DNA of 64,000 nucleotides from an uncultured Oscillospiraceae bacterium (GTDB taxonomy: Bacteria > Bacillota > Clostridia > Oscillospirales > Oscillospiraceae), in contig CAAFLG010000049.1 in NCBI GenBank assembly GCA_900763705.1, positions 12,424-76,423 of the forward strand, written 5' to 3'. The notes beneath the pieces are model-generated. The model saw only the letters and a list, made by a program, of their open reading frames with translations, had not been told where the DNA came from and ran no database searches. Positions 38,885-48,272 of the stretch are shown one piece after another (position 1 is the stretch's first letter; each line of letters starts with the position of its first letter). The position numbers and the translations under genes are program-made.

Positions 38885-40012
38885 ATGAACGACAAAAAGC
38901 CCCTTGTTGACTTTCGCAGCGCCCCGAAGCTCCAGACCTCTCTGATGCTGAGCGGCGCGCTGATCGGCTTTTTCGGCGCGCAGGACGGCATCACGGTGCT
39001 GACGGTGCTCGGCATTGTGCTCATCCTTGCCTCCGGCGCGGTCTGGTCGCTCTACTATCGCTGCCCGCACTGCGGCGAGCAGCTCGGGCGCGACCGTTAC
39101 CTCAAATACTGCCCCCACTGCGGAAGATCGCTCGACGCGCCGGTGGAGATGCCCGTGCGCACGCTGAGCGTCCCCGCCTATGCTAAGCTCAACCTGACGC
39201 TCGACATTCTGGGCAAGCGTCAGGACGGCTACCACGAGATGAAAATGGTCATGCAGACCATATCGCTCCACGACGATATGACCGTCACGCTCGCGGACGG
39301 CAAGGGCATCACCTGCCGCGTCGCGGATGCGGCGCTGCCGTGCGATGAGCGCAACCTCGCCGTCAAGGCGGCGAAGGTCTTCTGCGAGGCGATGGACTAT
39401 CGCGGCGGCATCGACATTGCGCTCACCAAGCGCATCCCGTCCGAGGCTGGCATGGCCGGCGGCAGCGCGGACGCCGCGGCAGTCCTGCGCGCGCTGCGCG
39501 ATCTTGTCTCCCCCGCCCTCACGGACGAGCGGCTCGAGCAGATCGGCGCGAGCGTCGGCAGCGACGTGCCCTTCTGCATCCGCGGCGGCACGCAGCTCGC
39601 CGAGGGACGCGGCGAGCTGCTCACGGCTCTCTCCCCCGCGCCAAAGTGCTTTGCCGCCGTCTGCAAGCCAGACTTCCCCATCTCCACGCCCGCGCTCTTC
39701 GCGCGCGTGGACGGCGTGACGCTCTCAAATCGCCCCGATACGGACGCGATGCTCTCCGCCATCGCACGCGGCGAGCGTGACGCGCTGTGCGAAAACGTCT
39801 CCAACGTCTTCGAGCAGGTGCTGCCCGAGGCGCAGCGAGAGCGCATCGAGGAGATCAAGCGCGCGCTTGTCGAGCATGGCGCGCTCTGCGCGGCGATGAC
39901 CGGCTCCGGCAGCGCCGTATTCGGCCTTTTCTGTGAGGAGGACGTCTGCCGGAGCGCCTGCCGCGCGCTGCAAAGCGAGCGCGTCATGACCTTCTGCACC
40001 GAATTTGTTTAA
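38885..40012 (+). CDS. ispE: IspE (CDP-ME kinase) with fused N-terminal 2-TM Zn-ribbon module
   Basis: AYAKLNLTLDI, GYHE, KRIPSEAGMAGGSADAA, GSDVPF, MTGSGSAVFG from about aa 91; first 88 aa resemble the upstream ORF. Confidence 0.92.
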   Translation: MNDKKPLVDFRSAPKLQTSLMLSGALIGFFGAQDGITVLTVLGIVLILASGAVWSLYYRCPHCGEQLGRDRYLKYCPHCGRSLDAPVEMPVRTLSVPAYAKLNLTLDILGKRQDGYHEMKMVMQTISLHDDMTVTLADGKGITCRVADAALPCDERNLAVKAAKVFCEAMDYRGGIDIALTKRIPSEAGMAGGSADAAAVLRALRDLVSPALTDERLEQIGASVGSDVPFCIRGGTQLAEGRGELLTALSPAPKCFAAVCKPDFPISTPALFARVDGVTLSNRPDTDAMLSAIARGERDALCENVSNVFEQVLPEAQRERIEEIKRALVEHGALCAAMTGSGSAVFGLFCEEDVCRSACRALQSERVMTFCTEFV

Positions 40013-40020
40013 GAAACGGG

Positions 40021-40067
40021 AAAACCGCCCATACTCAAGGTATCTTCTTGAGATGGGCGGTTTTTTT
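40021..40067 (+). terminator. Intrinsic terminator after ispE
   Basis: AAAACCGCCCAT.CTCAAG..CTTGAGATGGGCGGTTTTTTT. Confidence 0.7.
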
Positions 40068-40068
40068 G

Positions 40069-40272
40069 ATGAAATGGACGAAATTTGAGCTTTCCCTGAT
40101 GCTTGGTCTCGCGGTGATGCTGCTTTATTGCGCCGCACGCGGACAAAATACGCTCCAATGGTGGAGCGCGGCCTTCGCGCCGCTGTGCGACGGCATCCTG
40201 ACAAAGGACTGCGCGGGCGGCATCGTCGTCAAGTCGAAGCTCATCGAATGGCTCGCGCTGCTGCGGCGGTGA
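40069..40272 (+). CDS. 67-aa SpoIIR-like mini-protein (ends of SpoIIR, no central domain)
   Basis: TM, then QWWSAAFAPLC (cf. SpoIIR NWWCVxFPPLC), then VVKSKLIEWL; downstream of ispE. Confidence 0.6.
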   Translation: MKWTKFELSLMLGLAVMLLYCAARGQNTLQWWSAAFAPLCDGILTKDCAGGIVVKSKLIEWLALLRR

Positions 40273-40313
40273 CAAAAGCAGCTCCGGCGCATGAGCGCCG
40301 GAGCTGCCGTTTT

Positions 40314-40517
40314 TTATCGGTTGTAGGTGCGGTAGAGGAAGGTGACGATCTGGCCGCGCATGCAGTTGTTGTCAGGACCGAAGAGACCGCCGCCCATGCC
40401 GTTTGTGATGCCGTTTTCCGCCGCCCATGCGACCGCATTGGCATAGTAGCTATCGGCGGGAATGTCGGCAAAAACCGACGCGCCCATGTCCGCTTTCGTC
40501 TTCAACGACCCGAACAT
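40314..40517 (-). pseudogene. Isolated single SLH domain (remnant or mini-protein)
   Basis: FADIPADSYYANAVAWAAENGITNG..FGPDNNCMRGQIVTFLYR; no signal peptide. Confidence 0.65.
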
Positions 40518-40647
40518 GATCAACGCCTTCTGGGATTATCTTACGGAAACATTTTGCTGAGCGCTTCCGCGCTTTTCCCCTTGCCGTCCCCGCGCGCGCG
40601 TGGTACAATCACTTTTCGTGACATACCATACGCGGAAAGGACGAGCC

Positions 40648-41799
40648 ATGAACCAGAAAGAACTCAACGAACTGCGCCGGCGTTTCCGGCCCGACAAGAA
40701 TAACTTCAGCCGCATTTTCGGCTGTTATGTAAACTCAAACCGTGAGATCATCTCCTGGGTCGACACCTCAATGGGTCTCATGCGGCAGGAGGAGCAGGAG
40801 ATGTACCTGGCGCTGCTCAAGAAATCCCTCTCCGGCGCGCTGGGCAAAAACCTCGTCGACGTGGTCTTTTCCACGCAACAGGTGGCCGACAGCGACGAAC
40901 ACCGCCTTTTGCAGACCCTGCGCCAGACAGAGCTGAAAGATCCGCCCTCGCGCGAGACACTCTGCCGCAAGATCATCGAGTGCATCGACATGGGCGAGAC
41001 GAACTATCTCATCCTGCTCGCCGCCGACGCTTACGACGTGCCTCACCGCGGCAAGGACGATGAATTGCAGCACGATGCCTCAAGCGAGGTCTTCAAGTAC
41101 TTCGTCTGCTCCATCTGCCCCGTCAAGGCGCCGACGCTCGAGCTGCGCTACGACCTCGACCAGAGCGAGTTCCACTCAAGCTCCACAGGCTACATCGCTT
41201 CCTCGCCCGAGCTCGGCTTCCTCTATCCCTCCTTCGACGGCCGCACGGCGAACATCTACAACGTGCTCTTTTACTCGAAAAACGCCGCTGAGCTTCATGA
41301 AGAGGTCATCGACGCGCTCTTCCGCGTCGAGCCGCCGATGTCCGCCGAGGAGCAGAAGAACGCCTTCGGCTCGGCGCTCGCGGACGCGCTCGACAAGGAT
41401 TGCAGCTACGATGTTGTCCAGTCCGTGCATGAGCAAATTCGCGCCCGTATCGAGGATCACAAGGAGAGCCGCGACCCCGAGCCGCTGGAGCTGACGGCAA
41501 GCGACGTGGGCGGCATCCTTGCAAACAGCGGCGTCGGGGGAGAGCAGATCGAGGCCTTCCGCCGCGAATGTGACGCACAGTACGGCGAAAACGCCGCGCT
41601 GAACCCGAACAACATCATCGAGAGCAAGAAGTTTGAGATCACGACGCCCGAGGTCAAGATCTCCGTCGCGCCGGAGAACAGCTACATGATCGAAGCGCGC
41701 GTCATCGACGGGCGCAAGTACCTGCTCATCCCCGCCGACGACGGCGTGGAGGTCAACGGCATCGGCGTCAGCATCCCCGGCCTCAGGCAGGAAGAATAA
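40648..41799 (+). CDS. DUF4317 family protein
   Basis: ELNELRRRF, GCYV, CSICPV, GFLYPSFDGR, VEVNG. Confidence 0.85.
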   Translation: MNQKELNELRRRFRPDKNNFSRIFGCYVNSNREIISWVDTSMGLMRQEEQEMYLALLKKSLSGALGKNLVDVVFSTQQVADSDEHRLLQTLRQTELKDPPSRETLCRKIIECIDMGETNYLILLAADAYDVPHRGKDDELQHDASSEVFKYFVCSICPVKAPTLELRYDLDQSEFHSSSTGYIASSPELGFLYPSFDGRTANIYNVLFYSKNAAELHEEVIDALFRVEPPMSAEEQKNAFGSALADALDKDCSYDVVQSVHEQIRARIEDHKESRDPEPLELTASDVGGILANSGVGGEQIEAFRRECDAQYGENAALNPNNIIESKKFEITTPEVKISVAPENSYMIEARVIDGRKYLLIPADDGVEVNGIGVSIPGLRQEE

Positions 41800-41840
41800 A
41801 GGCAAAAAAGAGATGGCCGAGGCCATCTCTTTTTTCATCT

Positions 41841-42578
41841 TTACAGCGCGCGCAGGATGAGCGCGAGGATGAGCATATGCACGGGATAGAAGGCATAGCA
41901 GGCATACTGGAAGGCCTTGCTGTGGTGGCCCTGACGGCCGCGATAGAGCCAGATGGGCACGAGTGCGAGCAGCGCAAGCCCCTGCTGGCTGAGCTCCACG
42001 TCCATGCCGAAGATCGTCATGGGATAGACCTGACCGCCGAGCATGCGCACATTGATCCAGTAGAGCGCCAGGATCTGCCCGAGCAGCTTCCACCATTCTC
42101 TTCCATGGAAGAAATAGAAGACGAACACGGTCAGAACGCCCGAGCCGTAGTAGTCCACCATGCCGAGCGTACCGAGCGCTGCACCCAGCGCCGTCACACC
42201 CACGCAGGTGAGCACATAGAGCCACGTCTTCCCCTTCTCGCGCACCGCTTCCATCGCGCGGATGCCGAGAAGGCCGATCAGCAGTGTCCAGATGACATTC
42301 TGGTGCACGGGATAGAACCACGTTCCGCCGTACATCAGGTCGAAGGGGATCTCAGAGAGGATCGCAAAGATCAGCATACGCTGCGCGTAGCGCTTGAAAC
42401 TGTGGGTGTGGAAGTAGCCCTCCACTGCCATGAAGGCGAAGATCGGGAAGGCGATGCGGCCAACGGCCGTCATCCACTCCTGCGCGGGCAGAAGCGTCGC
42501 CCACAGGTGGTCGCACAGCATGAGTGCCATCGCGAGAATGTGCAGCGCCGCCGCGCTGAGGTCAAACTGTTTCTTCAT
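41841..42578 (-). CDS. TraX family membrane protein (putative acyltransferase)
   Basis: AMALMLCDH, GRIAFPIFAF..EGYFHT, YAFYPVH. Confidence 0.88.
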   Translation of the reverse strand: MKKQFDLSAAALHILAMALMLCDHLWATLLPAQEWMTAVGRIAFPIFAFMAVEGYFHTHSFKRYAQRMLIFAILSEIPFDLMYGGTWFYPVHQNVIWTLLIGLLGIRAMEAVREKGKTWLYVLTCVGVTALGAALGTLGMVDYYGSGVLTVFVFYFFHGREWWKLLGQILALYWINVRMLGGQVYPMTIFGMDVELSQQGLALLALVPIWLYRGRQGHHSKAFQYACYAFYPVHMLILALILRAL

Positions 42579-42623
42579 CAAAGTCTCCTTTATTTCCCGC
42601 CCTGCTTAGCGGTTGATTTATTT

Positions 42624-43658
42624 TTAGAGAAGCTCCGCCATTTCCAGCACGAGCCGCTCGGTCTTTTCCCAGCCAAGGCAGGCGTCGGTGATGCTCTTGC
42701 CGTAAACGCCGTCGGTGATCTTCTGCTTGCCATCTTCAATGTAGCTTTCGATCATCAGCCCCTTGACGAGTGTGTCGATGTCATTGGAGTGGCGCTTGGA
42801 GTGCAGCACCTCCTTGGCGATGCGGATCTGCTCCAGATACTGCTTGCCGGAGTTGGCGTGGTTGCAGTCCACAAGGCAGGCAGGGTTCTTGATGCCGCGC
42901 TGGGCATACAGCTCGTGCAGCTCGACAAGGTCCTCATAGTGGTAGTTGGGACGGCTGTTGCCCCGCTCGTTCACATAGCCACGCAGGATGGCGTGGGCGT
43001 AGGGGTTGCCCGCCGTCTCCACCTCCCAGCCGCGGTAGAGGAAGGTATGGTCTCCCATCGCCGCGTAGATGGAGTTCATCATCACGCTCAGATCTCCGCC
43101 GGTGGGGTTCTTCATGCCGACGGGCACGGAAAGGCCACTCGCGGTCAGGCGGTGCTGCTGATCTTCCACCGAGCGCGCACCGACGGCGACATAGCCGATG
43201 ATATCGGAAAGGTAGCGGTAATTTTCAGGATAGAGCATCTCGTCCGCGCAGGCAAAGCCCGTCTCGCGCACCGCGCGGGTGTGCAGGCGGCGGATGGCGA
43301 TGATGCCCTCGAGCATATCCGGCTTTTTGTCAGGGTCGGGCTGGTGGAGCATCCCCTTGTAGCCCGAGCCGTCGGTGCGGGGCTTATTGGTGTAAATGCG
43401 CGGCACGATCAGGATCTTGTCCTTCACCTGCTCCTGTAACGGGACCAGACGGCAAATATAGTCCATCACGCTGTCCTCGCGGTCGGCGGAGCACGGGCCG
43501 ATCACCAGCATCAGCCGCTTGTCGCGCCCGTCGAGGATGGCGCGCATCTCCTCTACGCGTTTTTCGCGCGCCTCGGCGATCTCCGGGGTGATGGGAAATT
43601 CTTTTTTGATCTCCATCGGGATGGGCAACTTCCGGATGAATCTTGCATTCTGCTGCAT
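42624..43658 (-). CDS. 3-deoxy-7-phosphoheptulonate (DAHP) synthase, class I
   Basis: IGPCSA, KPRT, VGARS, GMKN, DCNHANS, IESY, GKSITDACLGW. Confidence 0.95.
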   Translation of the reverse strand: MQQNARFIRKLPIPMEIKKEFPITPEIAEAREKRVEEMRAILDGRDKRLMLVIGPCSADREDSVMDYICRLVPLQEQVKDKILIVPRIYTNKPRTDGSGYKGMLHQPDPDKKPDMLEGIIAIRRLHTRAVRETGFACADEMLYPENYRYLSDIIGYVAVGARSVEDQQHRLTASGLSVPVGMKNPTGGDLSVMMNSIYAAMGDHTFLYRGWEVETAGNPYAHAILRGYVNERGNSRPNYHYEDLVELHELYAQRGIKNPACLVDCNHANSGKQYLEQIRIAKEVLHSKRHSNDIDTLVKGLMIESYIEDGKQKITDGVYGKSITDACLGWEKTERLVLEMAELL

Positions 43659-43869
43659 GGCTCGCACTCCTTATTCGATCAAATGCGCTTGTATTTTACA
43701 GCATTCCTTCCTGTACCGCAAGTGTGATTTTGCCGCATAAATCGCTCGCTTTTCCGCCAATTCTGTCACATTTCATAAAGAGCGGCGCCACGCCCGCATC
43801 CGCGCGGCAAAAAAAACGATCCGAACCCGTCTTCCAAACAAAGAAGCTGTGGTTCGGATCATTTCTCTA

Positions 43870-43956
43870 TGGTGCCGGTGACCGGAGTCGAACCGGTACG
43901 CTGTCGCCAGCGGCGGATTTTGAGTCCGCTACGTCTACCAATTCCATCACACCGGC
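43870..43956 (-). tRNA. tRNA-Leu (CAA)
   Basis: GCCGGTG acceptor, GCGGA-CTCAAAA-TCCGC anticodon arm, long variable arm, GTTCGAC T-loop, encoded CCA; promoter TTGCAA-17-TATAAT. Confidence 0.97.
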
Positions 43957-44064
43957 AGGGCAATGAACAAAAGATATTATATGCGATACGTGGCCCATTT
44001 GCAAGCAAAACTTTTCGAAAAAGGCTCCGGCGCGCTGCCGGAGCCTTTTTGTGAGCGGAAGTGC

Positions 44065-45798
44065 TTACACGTAGCGCTGGTTGATGACATCGAACACGCC
44101 GCGCGTGGTGAGGCGCAGCGTCGGGATGACGGTCAGCGCCATGAACGAAAGCGTCATAAACGGGTCGACCCCGCGCGAGACGCCGAGGGCAAAGGCCTGC
44201 TCCTTGGCGTTTTCCAGCGCCTCGTTGACTTCGATGAGCGGCGCTTCGCTCATGATGCCCGCGATTTGGAGCTGCACCTCGCCGAGCACCTTGCCGCCGT
44301 CCATCACAACGATGCCGCCGCCAAGCTCGACCACGCGGTTGACCGCCGCGGCCATGTCCTCCTCGTTCGCGCCGACGACGATGATGTTGTGGCTGTCATG
44401 CGAGATGGAGGTCGCCACCGCGCCGGAGGTGAGCCCGTAGCCCTTGATGTAGCCGATGCCGATGTGGTGCGTGTTCTTGTGGCGCTCGATGACAGCGATC
44501 TTTAAGATGTCGTCCTCGACGCTGATCTTCTCGGCGTAGCCCGCGTCGGTCGTGACGATCTCGCCGGGCACCATGCCGAGCACGGCGCGCGGGCGGTCTT
44601 CGATGAAGTCCTTCGCCTCAAGGTGGGCGACGTGGAACGTCTCGTGCGAGCGCTTGACGAGGTGCGGATCGATCTCCGGCGCGTCAAAGGGCGTGACGGT
44701 CTTGCCGTCAAACATGAGCTTGCCCTTCTTGTAGACCTCAAGGATGTTGAAATCGTCAAAGTTATCGATGATGACAAAGTCCGCGAGGAAGCCCGGCGCG
44801 ATCGCGCCGCGGTTGTTGAGCAGGAAGTAGCGCGCGGCGTGGTGGCTCGCGCATTTGACGGCGATGATCGGATCGACGCCCGCCTTGATGGCGCGGCGCA
44901 CAATGTAGTCGATGTGCCCTTTTTCAAGGAGGTCGTTGGGGTGCTTGTCATCGGTGCAGAACATGCAGTAGGTGTAATACTGCGGCGTGAGCAGCGGGAG
45001 GAGCGCGTCAAGGTTGCGCGCGGCCGTGCCCTCACGGATCATGATGTACTGTCCGCGCTCGAGCTTGGCGATGGCATCCTCCACGGTGCTGCACTCGTGG
45101 TCGGAATAGACGCCGGCGGCGATGTAGGCGTTCAGGTCGTTGCCCGTGAGGCCGGGCGCGTGGCCGTCGATCTTCTTGTGGTGCGCCTGCGCGGCGACGA
45201 TCTTTTCCAGCACCTGTTCGTCACCGTTCGCCACACCAACATAGTTCATCATCTCAGCAAGGCCTTCAACACGGTTGTGCTCGTAGAACGAGTCGATCGC
45301 GCGGTAGTCGAGCACCGCACCGGATTCGTCGAGCGGCGTCGCAGGCACGCAGGAGGGGAGCATGAAGCGCACGTCCACGGGAAGATCCTCGGTCGCTTGC
45401 AGCATATACTCGATGCCGTCCGTTCCCATGACATTCGCGATCTCGTGCGGGTCGGTGATGACGGTGGTCGTTCCGTGCGGAACGACGGCGTTGGCGAACT
45501 CCTTCGGGGAAACGAGCGAGCTTTCCAGGTGGATGTGTGCATCGACAAAGCCGGGCAGCACGAGCTTGCCGCCCATGTCGATCTCCACTTCGCCCTCGTA
45601 GTGCTCACCCATGCCCGCGATCAGGCCTTCGGCCACGGCGATGTCGCCATGACCCAATTCGTTGCAGAAGACGTTCACGTACGTCGCGTTCTTGAGCACA
45701 AGGTCGGCCTTCTGCCGGCCCGAGGCCACCTCGACGACGTGGAGCTTTTTGTTCAGCTTGCGGTTGATCTTGCCAGCGTAGCTTTCCCGATATGCCAT
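44065..45798 (-). CDS. ade: Adenine deaminase
   Basis: PGFVDAHIHLESS, DPHEIANV, IDGHAP, IREG, CTDD, SHDSHN. Confidence 0.96.
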   Translation of the reverse strand: MAYRESYAGKINRKLNKKLHVVEVASGRQKADLVLKNATYVNVFCNELGHGDIAVAEGLIAGMGEHYEGEVEIDMGGKLVLPGFVDAHIHLESSLVSPKEFANAVVPHGTTTVITDPHEIANVMGTDGIEYMLQATEDLPVDVRFMLPSCVPATPLDESGAVLDYRAIDSFYEHNRVEGLAEMMNYVGVANGDEQVLEKIVAAQAHHKKIDGHAPGLTGNDLNAYIAAGVYSDHECSTVEDAIAKLERGQYIMIREGTAARNLDALLPLLTPQYYTYCMFCTDDKHPNDLLEKGHIDYIVRRAIKAGVDPIIAVKCASHHAARYFLLNNRGAIAPGFLADFVIIDNFDDFNILEVYKKGKLMFDGKTVTPFDAPEIDPHLVKRSHETFHVAHLEAKDFIEDRPRAVLGMVPGEIVTTDAGYAEKISVEDDILKIAVIERHKNTHHIGIGYIKGYGLTSGAVATSISHDSHNIIVVGANEEDMAAAVNRVVELGGGIVVMDGGKVLGEVQLQIAGIMSEAPLIEVNEALENAKEQAFALGVSRGVDPFMTLSFMALTVIPTLRLTTRGVFDVINQRYV

Positions 45799-46014
45799 GC
45801 GTTTTCCTCCTTGTTTTGTAGTGTTTGGCCAGTTTATGTGATGTTTCATCCGTCTTCCTCGGTTATTTTTTATAGGATACTACGTTCTTTTGCACTTGTC
45901 CAGCAGAAAAAGCTGAAAGTTATTTAGTAAATCTGACGAAAAGTAAGATGCCAACCGCGCGAGCGGAAGAACGCTGTGACGCGCGCAGCCGCCATGCCGC
46001 CGCGTCCTGCAAAA

Positions 46015-46053
46015 AAGAACCGGTTCATCTGCGATGCAGATGAACCGGTTCTT
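46015..46053 (-). terminator. Terminator after the TPM gene
   Basis: 18-bp perfect inverted repeat AAGAACCGGTTCATCTGC/GCAGATGAACCGGTTCTT. Confidence 0.8.
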
Positions 46054-46067
46054 CTGTTCTTTTGCGC

Positions 46068-47084
46068 TCAGCGCCGACCGCCGAAGCCGCCACCGCGGCC
46101 TCCGCCGCCGAAACCGCCGCCGCGGCTGCCGCCGCCAAAGCCACCGCCGCGGCTGCTGCCGAAGCCGCCGACGCTGCCTCCGCTGCCAAAGCCGCCGCCG
46201 CGTCCGGTGCTGCCAAAACCGCCAAACGAGCCGCCCGAGCTGGAAGGCCGTCTCGGCGGCTGGGGCGGGCGGCGATTGCCGCCGGAGCTGCCGCCGCTGC
46301 GCGGCGGTCTAGGGCCGCCCTGTGGAGGACGGGGACCGCCCGAACGGGGCGGACGCGGGCCGCGCGGAGGACGGCGTCCCCAGAAGATGGGGTGATACAT
46401 CACCGTCGGCACGCCCATGCCGGGCATCATGTAGCGGCGGCGATAGCGGCGATAACGCATGCCGTCAAGCATGATCCAGAGGACAAAGAATATGATGAGG
46501 ATCATGATGAACATCACACCGTTGGCCGCCTCGTCCAGCGCCGCCTCGCTCTGCTGATACTGCTGGCTCAGCTCCACATGGAGCGCGGCGCAAAGTGAGC
46601 GCACCGCCGCGTCATAGTCGCCCTTCTGCACGCCGTCTGCCATGCAGGAGGCAACAAAGCTCTGCGACAATGATTCTAACAGGCTGCGGAAACTTCCGCT
46701 CGGAAGCAAATAATAACTTCCTTCTTGTTCCGCAATGACCAAAATAGCGTCATCAGGGGCAAGCTCCATTTGATTCGCATATTCCCAAGCTATACTATCC
46801 AAGTCGTTTGCGGATTCGGTCGTAACGACGGCCATGATGCTGCCGAACATCTTGTCCCAGTTAGCGTTATAGAGGCTGACCGCCTTTTCGGTCTTGTCCG
46901 AAAGGACGTTCGCCTCGTCGCGCACGTACTGCTCGAACGCCGCCGTGGAAAGCGAGGGATCGAGCTTTTCTCCGCCCTCCGGCGTAGAGACAACGGGCGC
47001 TTTGTGCAGCCCCCACGCACTGGATGCGACGATCGCCAGAATCAGCACGACGATGGCGACGCCGCGTTTTTGAAAGAATTTCAT
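46068..47084 (-). CDS. TPM domain membrane protein with Pro/Gly-rich tail
   Basis: YVRDEANVLS, AVVT, GDYDAAV, TM, GGFGG repeats. Confidence 0.8.
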   Translation of the reverse strand: MKFFQKRGVAIVVLILAIVASSAWGLHKAPVVSTPEGGEKLDPSLSTAAFEQYVRDEANVLSDKTEKAVSLYNANWDKMFGSIMAVVTTESANDLDSIAWEYANQMELAPDDAILVIAEQEGSYYLLPSGSFRSLLESLSQSFVASCMADGVQKGDYDAAVRSLCAALHVELSQQYQQSEAALDEAANGVMFIMILIIFFVLWIMLDGMRYRRYRRRYMMPGMGVPTVMYHPIFWGRRPPRGPRPPRSGGPRPPQGGPRPPRSGGSSGGNRRPPQPPRRPSSSGGSFGGFGSTGRGGGFGSGGSVGGFGSSRGGGFGGGSRGGGFGGGGRGGGFGGRR

Positions 47085-47107
47085 ATACTTCTCCTATCCG
47101 GAGCGTC

Positions 47108-48271
47108 TCAGCTTCTCAGCTCCATGAGCTTCTGCTTCAGCTCACCTTCGATGCGGCCGAGCTCGACCTCCGCTTCCTTGCGCTTCTGCGCGCCCTCGCG
47201 CTGGATGTTCACGACCTCGTCGAGCGTGGAGACGAGCTGCTCGTTCGTGTGCTGCAGCGTCTCGATATCGACGATGCTGCGCTCGGCTTCCTTTGCCGTG
47301 GCGATGGTGCCCATCTTGAGCATGTCGGCGTTCTTCTTGAGAAGCTCGTTCGTCGTCTGCGCCACCGCGCTCTGTGCGGCCGTGGCCTGACGGCTGTGCT
47401 CCATGCCGAGCGCGAGCACCATCTGGCTCTTCCAGAGGGGGATTGTATTGACGAGCGAGGACTGGATCTTTTCGACCATCAGCGTGTCGTTGTTCTGGAG
47501 AAGTCTCGTCTGCGGGCCCATCTGGAGCGACACCATGCGCGTGAGCTCCAGGTCATGCAGCTTCTTTTCAAAGCGCTCGCACTTCTGCGCGTAGTCGTTG
47601 TAGGCCTGCGCATCCTCGGCAAGGCCGCTCGCCTCCGCCTTTTTGCGCAGCTCCTCGAGCTCGCCGGAGCGGACCTCGGCCAGACGCTTTTTGCCCGCGA
47701 TGATATACATGGTCAGTTCTTTGTAGTACTTGAGGTTCAGCTCATACATCTGGTCGAGCATCGCGATGTCCTTCATCAGCGTGACCTGATGCTTTTCAAG
47801 CTCAGAAACAATGCGGTTCACGCTCGTCTCGGCCTTGCCGTACTGCGCGCGCATCAGCTCGAGCTTATCCTTCTGCTTGTGGAACAGGCCTGCGAAGCCC
47901 TTCTTCTCCTCCTGACCGAAGCCCTTGACCTCGACGACGAGGTTCGAGAGCGTCTCGCCCACCTCGCCAAGATCCTTGTTGCGCACAGAGGACAGTGCAT
48001 TTTCCGAGAATGTCGCCACGCTCTTCTGCGCGGCCACGCCGTAGTTGAGCACGAGGTTCGTATCCGTAATGTCGATCTTCTTCACAAACTCGTCGACAGC
48101 AGCTCTCTCCTGCTCGGTGAGCATGCTCTCGTCGACCTTGACGGGCTCGACTTCCTTTTTCTTCTCCTCGGGCGCAGCGGGCGCTTCGGGCGTGAGCGTC
48201 AGCTCGGGAACGGCCTCCTGCGCCGCTTCGGTGGGGTTCAGGGTCAGCTCGGGCATCATGTTGTCGCTCAT
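47108..48271 (-). CDS. Toxic anion resistance protein TelA/YaaN
   Basis: YGVAAQ, FEKKLHDLEL, NTIPLWKSQM, TNELLKKNA. Confidence 0.92.
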   Translation of the reverse strand: MSDNMMPELTLNPTEAAQEAVPELTLTPEAPAAPEEKKKEVEPVKVDESMLTEQERAAVDEFVKKIDITDTNLVLNYGVAAQKSVATFSENALSSVRNKDLGEVGETLSNLVVEVKGFGQEEKKGFAGLFHKQKDKLELMRAQYGKAETSVNRIVSELEKHQVTLMKDIAMLDQMYELNLKYYKELTMYIIAGKKRLAEVRSGELEELRKKAEASGLAEDAQAYNDYAQKCERFEKKLHDLELTRMVSLQMGPQTRLLQNNDTLMVEKIQSSLVNTIPLWKSQMVLALGMEHSRQATAAQSAVAQTTNELLKKNADMLKMGTIATAKEAERSIVDIETLQHTNEQLVSTLDEVVNIQREGAQKRKEAEVELGRIEGELKQKLMELRS

Positions 48272-48272
48272 A

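Noticed and set aside
40314..43956. Possible island at tRNA-Leu (TraX, DUF4317, SLH fragment)
   Set aside because: No integrase, no duplicated tRNA 3' end seen, host-like GC; TraX-family genes often occur outside conjugative elements
45800..46010. Purine riboswitch upstream of adenine deaminase
   Set aside because: Could not find the conserved aptamer core; the region looks like a plain AT-rich promoter
46070..46380. GCC/CCG repeat tract as a CRISPR array or VNTR
   Set aside because: It encodes the Gly/Pro-rich tail of the TPM protein; no repeat-spacer structure
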